DNA of 64,000 bases, from the NCBI RefSeq assembly GCF_009914755.1, contig NC_060931.1; one strand, 5' to 3'. The translations under genes and the position numbers were made by a program. This DNA is from the human T2T-CHM13v2.0 reference genome, Homo sapiens. Below are positions 53,386 through 64,000 of the stretch, piece by piece (the stretch's first letter is position 1; each line of letters begins with the position of its first letter). Under the pieces are notes generated by a model, which worked only from the letters and a program-made list of their open reading frames with translations, was not told the DNA's origin and ran no database searches.

Positions 53386-56300
53386 ATGTCTGTCTTATTT
53401 CCATGTTCCACTGAAAAGATTCTGGCCCCTATATATAAAATTTAGGTGATTTCTTATCATCCTAGCAAAATAATGATACTGTGAAGTCATATGAATTTCA
53501 AATAAAGCAAGGCCTCTGAATAAAACAGGTAAGCTCCAAAAAACTTTCCTCCATCACTGCCTCTGTTATTCAGCCTGCCAGTTATGAGATGAGAACAGCA
53601 ATCAGAACATGGAAAAGGTATTGTGTTTTCTGGCTGTAATGTTGGATGTCATGTGCCAATTAATTTTCCTAAGACTCCTTTATCCTATCTGCCTTCTCTA
53701 GATTACTCAAGGACTCTAATTAGAAAGCTACAGCTACTATTGTTACCAAACTCTTAGGAGTTCAGCAGGAAGCTTTAATTTATTTCTTTACAATTTAAAA
53801 ATACTGAAATGCAAACCTATTTCATGCAGAGGGCAGACCTTGGGGTCAGGGATTTAGATAGTAGCCCAAATCAAATGGGTTTTATTTTAAATTATTTAAC
53901 AGGCTACTTCATTTGGGCTGGTAACAAATAATAAAAAACAACAAAAAAAAATCTGCTTCTAAAGTCAATCCTTAAATCCATAGAAAGATCTAAGAAACAG
54001 TGTGGTACAGTAAAATTGCGAAAGGTACGATGTATATTTTCCAAATATTCTGAATGGCATTCAGGGTACTGAATAAAGAGAATTACAGCACATATGTTTT
54101 CAGGTTTATAGGTAACACCCCAAAACTCTAACCACAGATGCAAGTAAACATTGAGCACTTAAAACTGGCCCCTTGGAAACGGAAATTTTCAAAGGATCAT
54201 TTAAAAGAAAAAGTAGATTATTTCTCATACAAATAGAAAATTAATACATGTCAAAAATTTTGTCATTATTTAGCAAGTCAACCAGTAAGATGTTATCACC
54301 AATTCAAAGGAGAATTCGAAGGACATACCAAAACAGGCAATTAGGAAAGTGAAATGAGTTTATTGGGAGATGCAAAACTGGTAAATATCCAGAGGGTAAT
54401 AATCAATTGCATTTCAAAGGATAAAATACATTTTCATTTCTATGGACAAAAATCATTTGTATTATTATCAGTTACCTACAACTCAGCATTCTAAAACAGT
54501 CCAAAGACAATGAAAGGTGCAGGCTGCTATAGAAACTGATCATTCTGAAAGGTGCACTAAAAAGCACATCCAATAATCTTTTCTGCCTATTTTAGCATGC
54601 TTCACAATTTTTCCTGAAAAGGGGAAAATTCTTGACAATTTTCCCTACACTTCAGGGCTTCTGACAGTTTATCAACAAACACATTGATATGAGTCAGAGC
54701 ACACTCCAAACAACAGAACATCAGCTCACAAGCCACACTCTCCAAATTATAAACTGGAAGAAGTGCCTGGGCCCATGCCAACTCAAAGGATGGCAGTTAT
54801 TTAGACATTCTGCAAAGCACAGAATGCTGGGGTGTGGAGACACTGCCCCAAATAATAAAACAATAAAATTCCCTATAAACCTTGCATTGTAAATATATGG
54901 AAACCAGGAAACATCCCAAGAAGAAATAGAACATGGAATTACTCCTCATCACAAAACATGTAAGGAAAAATTACCCTTCCATATAAATCATGGCACACTA
55001 CACAGGCACGAACTTGCACACACTGACATGCACATTCACAAATCAAAGTACAGATATGAATCCTTGAATAACAAAAATTCAAATTGTGTTATCTTACACC
55101 AAAAACACAAAAATTCAGGATACATCCAAGTAAATACTGGATGTCATGGTACCCCCTCAAACACCAAAGTCATCCACACTACAAAAGCTGCATGGTGCTC
55201 ACTGAAATCCCCAGGGAATCATCTCCCAATTCTCATAACAATACTTACAGTTAAAATATAGACTAGATAATTTTTCAAATAAAATAAAAATAATATGTAT
55301 ATATGTTGACACATTGACCATATATATTTTTATATACTGACATTAACATATATTGCATCTTAAATATGATTTATGCATATAGCAATATATCATTTTCATT
55401 AATATATATCATTATTTCCTGGCACTTAATTATTAAATAATTATGATGGCCTAAGGGTTATGGGAGAAATTTTAAGTAAAACATAGTCCCTGTACTCAAT
55501 AAGCTTATGATTTTGTTGAAGTAGACAACACACACAAAAAACATAAATTTATAAGAAAGCATAAAGAATAAGGGCTCAAAGTGGAACAGTGACATCACAA
55601 GTCAGTGCCCAAGTAAAAACTCTTGTCAAAATTTCCAATAAAATTCCTTAACTCTCAGATTTTCTAAGGACCTTTAAATGTTAGAATCGCATTCAGTAGA
55701 GTATGTGCGGAAGAGTATACAAAATGCGACCCTATTTTATTATGATTTCAAAGTCAGAAGAAAGCTCTGTGAGCTGGAACAGTGAGAAAAGGCTTTAAGG
55801 AGAAGACCCTGAAATATGGGAGGATTTGTAACTATATTAGCACTTACCAGTTCCTTTGAAAATAGCTAGTTTGATAGGATGTGGTAAGCAGCAAGATCAA
55901 GCCTGATGAAACTATGCCTAGAGCTGTGCAGTGAAATACATCAGCCTCAGCCTAGGGTGGATGAATAGGTGAGTGAGTGAATGTAGTCTCCGGGTCTTCT
56001 ATACTCAGATTAGCTCACATTAGTAAACTGCCAATGAGAAAATCAGCTCCCTGATTGCTCCCTGTCTATCTTCTGTAGGCAGTTAAGAGTTGACTGCAGT
56101 TAATTATCAAGATACAGCAGATGACCACAAATTCTAGTACAGAATCAAAAGCAGCAGAGGCAGTAGAAAGCCTCTATCTTCAAAGCAGAGAAAATGCTGG
56201 TACCTAGAACACACACAGATGGAAAGGACAAAAAGAAGTAAATGTAATTAATTTTCTTCATTTCATTTTGTTCATGTAAAATTCCTTCTCTTTGAATTTT

Positions 56301-57820
56301 TTAATGTGAAATGTTGAGAACACCATAACCTTGTATTTGATGAGACCGCAAATCCTCTGGGAGAAAGGCTTCCGAATTTAAGTGCTCAGCAAAGAACTTG
56401 GCACACTTATTTGAGAGAGCAAAATGGCAAGAGGAAAAAAGGGAGACAACAAGAGATTGCAGTGGCACAATTATTTCAATTCCAGTTGCAATGAGTGTGC
56501 ATGCCTCATTCTACTATGTGGAAAGGCCAAAAGCAGGAGAATACTTAATGCAGAAATACATGCAACTTATACGAGCTCCTTTAGCCTACATTATTAAGTA
56601 CATGAGCACAGAACTGTGCAGCAATATTTATATTCAAGTTTTTCTTTTATAAAAGGAACATGATGTTACCATGGAAACCTGCTAAGTAATATGTATCTGA
56701 TCTATTTATGACACATCCTTTTCACTGTGGCCACTGTATTTCTTTTTAGAAATTATTTTGGAAAAAGTTCATATTTTAAACCTGAGTTCAATGTCTATCT
56801 TTGTAAACAGGTGCTCAATTCATTTTTGAAATTATTTATGTTTATTGAGTACCTCCCATATGCCACTGTGTAGACTCTGGGGATACAGCAGTGAACAAAA
56901 TATCCAATTCTCTGCTCTCATGGGGCTTATATTCTAGTTTTAATGAAAGTACATAAGGTTTCTTTCTTAGAAAGATCCAGCTTAGACTATTTTCTTTCTA
57001 TGGCTCTCAATCGCTGTAAAAAAACAGGCAATGAACTGGTAACAACAAACCTAGATCCCAACCTCACCTCTGCCATTACTATATTTAAGACTAAGTGACG
57101 CAACTAACTCTTTGAACCTCAGGTTCCTTTGAATCTTTGAAAGAAAAAGCTATGCTTCACATCTTATGGTCTATGTTCCATATTTTCACTGTTCTTGATA
57201 AAGAGAAACCAACCACATTCTGTAACCATGTATTTCTCAGGAAATTTTCAAAAAATGAACATTCTAAAACATACCTACATATGAATAAATGAAAGAAACA
57301 TTTCCATTTTCTCAAGAAACCTGCAGCTAGACATTCTACAATAATATTAGAAATATGAACTAAAACCCTCATCGAAGATAATGAGGAAAATGTTTTTAAA
57401 ATCAGCTTTCTCACATTTAAAGTATATCTTATTGTATAAGACAGACTTCAAGCACATGCATCGTTCTATTATCTAATTACATTTAAACTTATTGAATTAA
57501 ATATATGTTTATCTCTGCTCCTCACCAACCTGCAAAAGAATGGAGTTTCTAAAGAGAGCAGAGTAAAGGATTAAAAATACCAAAGAGAAGTGAAAACAGC
57601 AATAGATGCAGGTGGCAACAATTATTTCTGGAAGATGAAAAGCATAGGTGAGTTCTAATTGACTTATCAAGGCAAGAAAAGCCGAAAGCTAAGGGTAACA
57701 GAGATGGGGATTTAAGCTGCAGAAAGACTCATAATTGAAGGTACCAAAAACCTCAGAAATCAGAGGTGAAAAAAAATCTATCTAGAAACAGAAAGACTGG
57801 TTGAAAATCTGTTTGAGAAT

Positions 57821-58387
57821 TGTTAAAGTATGCCCCAAGCTGACAGACAATATGGACTCCCTGTGGCTATCTGAGGTGGTCAAAGTTTAAAAAGAACCAG
57901 GCAACCATGGCTAGGTGAAGAAGCAGTCATGCATTCTGTGTTCTCAGAAAGATGTAAAAGTGTTAGAGGACCTCGCTTTCTACAATCAAGCCAAACCATT
58001 TCTTATTGTCAGTGCCAAGATAAACCATGGCCAGAAACCACCACCCCACAAGCCCACTGGAAACAAATACCTGACAGAGACTTCTGATTTGAGGCTTGGA
58101 ACCAACCAATCAAAGCTCTTTTGCCCCAGCCAATCAGAGCTTGGTTGTATCGCTCATCAGAATTCAGCTGCACCACCCAATCAGAACCAAGACAGTGTCA
58201 ATCCTTCATTTGCACAAATGAATCTGATTGGGAACCCGGGCAGTGAGTTTTGCTATAAAACCCTAACCCTCCTTTGTTCTCAGGAATGCAACTTCCTTTT
58301 CATTAAAGGCTGCACCTCCCTGGTTTGCAGACTCTTCACTGGAATAAACTCTCCTCCAAATTCCTTTTTAGAGAACTTTTGCTCACA
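57821..58387 (+). mobile_element. ERV1-type solo LTR, 567 bp (family not assigned)
   Basis: TG...CA ends, GAAT TSD on both sides, CCAAT boxes, TATAAAA 58254, AATAAA 58343. Confidence 0.85.
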
Positions 58388-60488
58388 GAATGTAAACCTT
58401 TCAGTTTCCCTTCCACATCATGACAAGAGAAGAGTTATTTCCTCTGGGAAAAAATTGAACTAGGGAGGTTACAGATTCAGGGACATCAAGTAAGAAAAAA
58501 AAAAAGTTTTTTGTTTTTTTTTTTTTAAATGGAACTATGTAAACAGCTAAGTAATGAAAGATGAGATCCACCTCGGGCACACATCCCCAACACTGAAACC
58601 CAAGTCAAGCTACCTCCAATGCCACTGTCCTTTCCGCTTGAACCACCACCCCCAAAGACTAGCAGAGCCATCTTCCTGCCTTCCCAAAGGTGCCTTCAGT
58701 GGATGTTATACCCTACACTGGTACTCTTTCCCACATCATTTCAGCTGATTTTCACACTTGCTTACCTTAGAATTGAGATTAGCTGGAATGTAATCTTTAT
58801 CCATAATATGATCATTACTATTGTCATTAAAAATATTAACATTTGCATAACTCTGTAAGCTTTCCAAAATAATTTTCATGACATTAACCCACTTGAATTT
58901 GTCCACAGTATGGTCCCACATAGTAGGCAAGGGTCATCCTCATGGCTACTGACCTATTTCAATCTCATCTCCTGCTGTCCAGATGAACACCACCATCAGC
59001 CTAATGGGCCTCTTTGCTTCTGCTCTTGCCCACACCTACTACACTCCACAGCCAGTTCTAAATGGAAGATCTCATTATGTCATCCTTGCTCAAAACCCCA
59101 GAATGACTTACCATTGGCCTGAGGATAAAGTCTACAATCTTGGATTGCATAAAATGCCTTTTTCAATTCATTCTCGATCTGCTGCTTGAAGCTTCATTTC
59201 TTAACATTATTCATATATGAAATATTGAAACTACAGGATCAAACATGCTATACAATTCCTTGCCTCCAGACCCCAGCATGTAAGTGACTTTTTCTCTGCC
59301 CGGAAGGCTCTTTCTGCCCACATCTTGAAATAGCATGTGGAAATCTGTATGATAACAAATCACTGTGTAACAGGTTCTCTTTCAGGTCCACCCCTACTCT
59401 TTGCAGGACCAAGGCCAGGAGCATAAATCAATGTGCCTCTTCCTCCTCAATACCTATCCTGCACCCTGAGAGGTCTGCTTCACATACAAAAGGCAACCCC
59501 AGCCTGCACATCCAACTCTGGTAAGTGTTCCTGCACAATGGTATGGTCTATTAATACATCAGGAAGATGGACCTGGGAAACCTCACAAAGGACCTGGAAG
59601 CAATCTTGGATCTTTTAGGCAGGTAATTTCAAAGTCATGTTAGCAGAGTATGATAAAAAGAAGGTGGGGCATGACATCCAGGTGGCCACAGCTCCTTGGC
59701 CCACAGACTGTAAAGCAACAAGAGGAACACAGCTAGAGGAGGACCCTCTATAGTAGAGACCAAGGCAGGGGCCCCTCTTGCCTGGTCTAAAGGTAGTATT
59801 GGTTTCTATTATATGACAACATCCAAACATAAGAATAGCAAGAAAGATAGCTACCACTTTATAAACTAAAATTTAAAATTTCTTAGAAGGGAGGGAGGAT
59901 CCCTCCCTCTACCTCTTGAAGGGTCTTCACGTAACTGGGTAATAGTAATTTTCTTTTTTTTTTAATTCCAAACCCAAATTAAAATCACAACGGTATATGA
60001 AAGTATAATTTTCCAAAAAGGGAAAAGCAAAATCCTTGGAAACCCATTTGTTCTGTCTAATTATATATGGTTACAAACTTAACTGTATATAAGCTAATAA
60101 ATTCTTCTAAATTAATCAGGCTGAAACTAAAAGGGCGTCTTTGCTTTTGCAAGGTTTCAGCAACTGCTTACTATTTAATAAGCACCAAGAGAAACTACAT
60201 CAAAATTTCCAAATATATTATATATACCCCGTGATACCTCAATTCCACTTCTAGGCATGTAATCCAAGGAAGCCATGTTTGTATCATAGCATTATTTAAA
60301 ATAGTGAAAACTTTAAAACAATTTAACTGTGAAACAATAAGAGACTGGTTAATAAATTAGGGTACACACATAATAAGATTTCATATAGTCCATTTTAAAA
60401 TAATACAAAGGTATATTTAATAACAAAATTATTTATGACACATTTAAGTGTTAAACACAGGTTATAAAGCAATATATCTGAACCCCTG

Positions 60489-60490
<2 letters not shown>

Positions 60491-60534
<44 letters not shown>
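60491..60534. repeat. (GT)22 microsatellite within old L1ME 3' sequence
   Basis: Directly seen. Confidence 0.95.
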
Positions 60535-60535
<1 letters not shown>

Positions 60536-61619
60536 GGATACATGAAAAAAGACTATAGGCATATATACCAAAAGATTGACAGTAGTTAACTAAGTGATGT
60601 GACTATCTTTATTCTATATAATTATGTATTATCAAAATTTTCTACAGTTAAAATATATTTATTTCCCTCAGTTCAGTTAACTGCTTTGCCAAGACATAAA
60701 AAAAAATTCATATTTCTCCTTACTTTAGGATATCTGGTGGGACATGGGAAAATTCAAATGGTACCACTGAAGGATTATTCCATAACATTCATTAGCACCT
60801 CAGTCTAAATCACTTTCCCTGATGGGTGACATTCACCTAGCAAGGCTTTAAAGGCCAGGTCATAAGTAAGACACAGGTCAGATAAGTTCTGAAGAAGGGA
60901 AAATCTAACGCTTAAGTACTTTCGAAATGAGCAGATACAAGAAGGATTCTGCTACAGAGTGGATAAAGAAAAGTGGGAATAGTCAAACGAGAGAAAAGAG
61001 AACAAAGAGATGATGGAGCACAGACAGCACAGTTCGCTGACTTCAAAATTTGGCTTCAGAAGGGATAACTCCACATCTGAATTCAGCTAAGCCGCTGGCA
61101 GATCTCAGACAGAAAAAAAATTATAAAAATTCAATTTAAATGTAAAAGCTGATTCTTGCCAATGCTGCCACTTGAAATTGAGCTTTACTTTGTACAGAAA
61201 TAGTATAAGTGATAAATGGCTCTGAACATTAAGACATCCAAAATTATGTTTTTGTTTGCAAATTGTGAGATAAATAAAAATAAGTGAGTTATTTAAGTTC
61301 TTTTGCACTCAACTGACCCTGTAAGAATCTCTTAAATCAATAGATTTTTTAAAAAATAATAATGTAACCCTAATAATACCTCTGTCATAACTATACTTTC
61401 TAAAATTAACCTTAAAACATCTATTAAAAGGTTTTCTTCTTAATCATAAACATTAGACACCTGCTGTTCTGTCTGCCTGGCATGGCTTTCCTATTTCTTT
61501 AGGTAACAGCATGCCCCCTGCTCTCATTACACTTTGCAGTTCTGAGTGGGCCAACCCCTGGCCAGGCCCTAATATGGACATGCTATCTGGACAGTCACAA
61601 TAAACTATTCACACTGGTG

Positions 61620-62830
61620 CTAACCAAGATGGAGAAAGTCCGCTACAGTTTCTTTTTCCCACTCTGCCCAAAATATAAAAGCAAGACTCTGCAAAATAAA
61701 CAGCAGGTAGTCTGAATAAGAAAGTCAAAACTTTCTAACAGCTAATACAATGGTAGGGAGTTACCGGGCTTCTTTTCTTTCCTTTTTCTCCTTGAGCTGA
61801 AGGTGGGCCAAATCAGGGAATTGCACAGTGGGTTCAGAATGCAAAAAACTACAAGAGAAGCCCATTTTTCTGGCCAGAAGAATAAGAAAAGAGATCCCTG
61901 TGGTTGGAGTACTGGGAGAGGGGAAATGGGATCAGAAAGTGAGAGGGATATCCATGTGCTTTTTTTCTTCTTTTTCTCTTCCAGTCCTTCCCCACGGCCA
62001 GCACCAGCTTAGAACAGCACTGATTCCACAACAACCATGCAAACACCTAATATGCCAAGAGAAAACCTCTCTCTCTAGATAAGATAACTAGAACAGGGAC
62101 TTCAGCTGTGCAAAGAGCTTAGGAGAAAATCCTTATTATTCTTTTTCTTCCTTCCTTCACTTGTCACTTCATCCCAGGCAAGTAGAATTGCACAAAAACA
62201 TGCAGGCTAAAACTATACAATAATCCATCTTTCTGGCCAGAGGAAATATAAAAAGCAGTCCTGAGAAAATATTCCAGAGAGTAATAGAGAAGATAATCCT
62301 CTGGTTCAGTCTATGAAGTAACAGTCCCAGGCTCACCTTCAAACTGTGCAAATATGGAATATACTCAAAGAAGTATAGCAAAGGCATGGAGAGCTGAACT
62401 ACAATATAAACCACTATCTGAACTAAACCCTGAGTATTGAGCAAGGGGCAGATGATCCTGCCCCTCACCTGCCCCCTCCACACACACAAAAGATAAAAAC
62501 AGCCAAAGTTTTGAAAACTGAATAGACACTGGAAGGAACCACCACACATAAAAGGGAGAAAAAACATGTGGTCTGAACCTAACCAGGTCAACTGGCTGCT
62601 GAAACAAACCAACCGTCTACAGAGGATTTTATAAGGATCTAGAGATTCACAACATAATATTAAAAATATCCAGAATACGATCAAAAATCACTTGGATATA
62701 CAAAGAACAAGGAAAATCCGACTAATGCTCCAGAGAAAAGACAATCAACATATAACACCACCAAAATGTCACAAATATTAGATTCTCTAAAAAATGTAAA
62801 GCATCTATTACAACCATCATGCATAAGGTT
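61620..62830 (+). mobile_element. Old L1M 5'UTR/ORF1-proximal fragment
   Basis: ccaagatgg start; aaaaatcacttggatatacaaagaacaaggaaaa L1M 5' motif. Confidence 0.5.
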
Positions 62831-63916
62831 AAGGTACTCTAGGGCCTGGGGTCCTCAGAACTGCCCTGCATAAGTTCTGTGTTTTCAAGCTTAAACTGTG
62901 TGAGTCGGGTTGCTGTCACTGCAACTATGGGTGCTAACAGATACTTGAGATAGGCAATAATTCTATAATACCAACTCATATTTATGTATGTCTCAAATCT
63001 CAGTCAAGGTTGATGAGTGTGGTGGTGATGATAGCTGCCACTCATTAGTGATACATATCAATCATTGTGCTAAGTTCACAATATCTTAGTGCTGTCGACC
63101 ACCTTGTAAGGCAGAGTTTTTACAGATAAGGAAACCAACAAAGATTTAAGTAACCTCCCAATGTCATAGAGCTGATTTATAGGGGTTCTGGGATTAGAAT
63201 CTAAGTGCCTAACTCTAAAGCCTGTCCTCATGACCATTATAGTTCCCGTCCTGGATCCTAAGAGCTAATGTTAAATCTAAAAACTTCATAAACAGAAATC
63301 AGAATAAAAGCTGATGCCTCATTATTCCTCCCTGTACATCACAGAAAGCAGAATTTGGCTAGCAACATCCCCTTTCACCCAATCTCTCCCCGTATCTCTC
63401 AATATCATGTCTCTCCCTATATCATACCTCTCCCTGTACTCTCAATACCATAACACCACCCTGTCTCCTGAGGAATCAATAACCTCAAAGTAAATTTTAA
63501 AATAATTCTTCACAAGTTATCTGTTCCAAAATAGCTTTACTTTCTACCACGTCTTCTAATTCCTCAGCTTTGTCTGTTTTCCTACATCAGTTTCAAAACA
63601 ATATTTAATATTTTGTTTTCTGATTACAAAGCAATACATATTCAGTATGAAGAGTTTAGAAAATAGTGAAGCACATAAAAACCTATCATAATATCATCAA
63701 CCAAAAATAACCACAGTTAGGATGCCAATCATTTTTCTAAGCACATTTATTTAAAAATTAAGATACCCTTTATCATATCAAGTTTATATTTTGCAAGTAA
63801 TAAGTATTAACATTTACTTGAGAAAATTAGAAAATATGGATAAGGATGGCTTTTCAATGGCATTCTCTTTGTTCATATTTTTAAAAGTTATATATTAATA
63901 TGTCATGGTCACTTCC

Positions 63917-64000
63917 TGATATGGTTTGGCTCTGTGTCCCCACTCAAATTTTACTTTTAATTGTAATCGCCATAATTTCCACCTGTCAAGGGTGGGACAA
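63917..64000 (+). mobile_element. THE1-family MaLR LTR, 5' part truncated by window edge
   Basis: tgatatggtttggctctgtgtcccc. Confidence 0.85.

Noticed and set aside
55841-55850. Strong isolated donor CTG|GTAAGTG on the gene strand
   Set aside because: No convincing acceptor or promoter at exon distance; expected by chance
57915-58463. Longest ORF in the track (182 aa)
   Set aside because: Starts at GTG, lies almost wholly in a solo LTR, no recognisable domain
62169-62684. 171-aa hydrophobic ORF
   Set aside because: Antisense to A-rich L1 sequence, which yields F/L/C-rich pseudo-membrane peptides

Overview
This is primate, most likely human, genomic DNA: AT-rich, CpG-depleted, with Alu, L1, MaLR/ERV and MER repeats. 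The window lies inside one minus-strand gene, ELAPOR2 (KIAA1324L/EIG121L). I mapped 12 consecutive coding exons by hand, probably exons 2-13 (numbering inferred). They total 1542 nt, have GT-AG boundaries and consistent phases, and splice into an uninterrupted 514-codon Cys-rich ectodomain segment (KDYHFEY...RTNQGQD). Four exons (24036-24124, 5130-5220, 4352-4454, 633-770) are missing from the supplied ORF track. The signal-peptide exon and the TM/cytoplasmic exons fall outside the window. The rest is intron filled with transposon fossils, and nearly all other listed ORFs are spurious. I found no credible new multi-gene system. The best leads are regulatory or evolutionary: a sense-oriented MLT1 LTR plus splice donor upstream of exon 2, an Alu primed for exonisation, a tightly spaced inverted Alu pair, antisense LTR promoters, a poly(A)-only retro-insertion, an ancient local duplication, and CTCF/HNF4/GAS motifs. 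Repeat subfamily names are from recalled consensus sequences and need Dfam/RepeatMasker confirmation.
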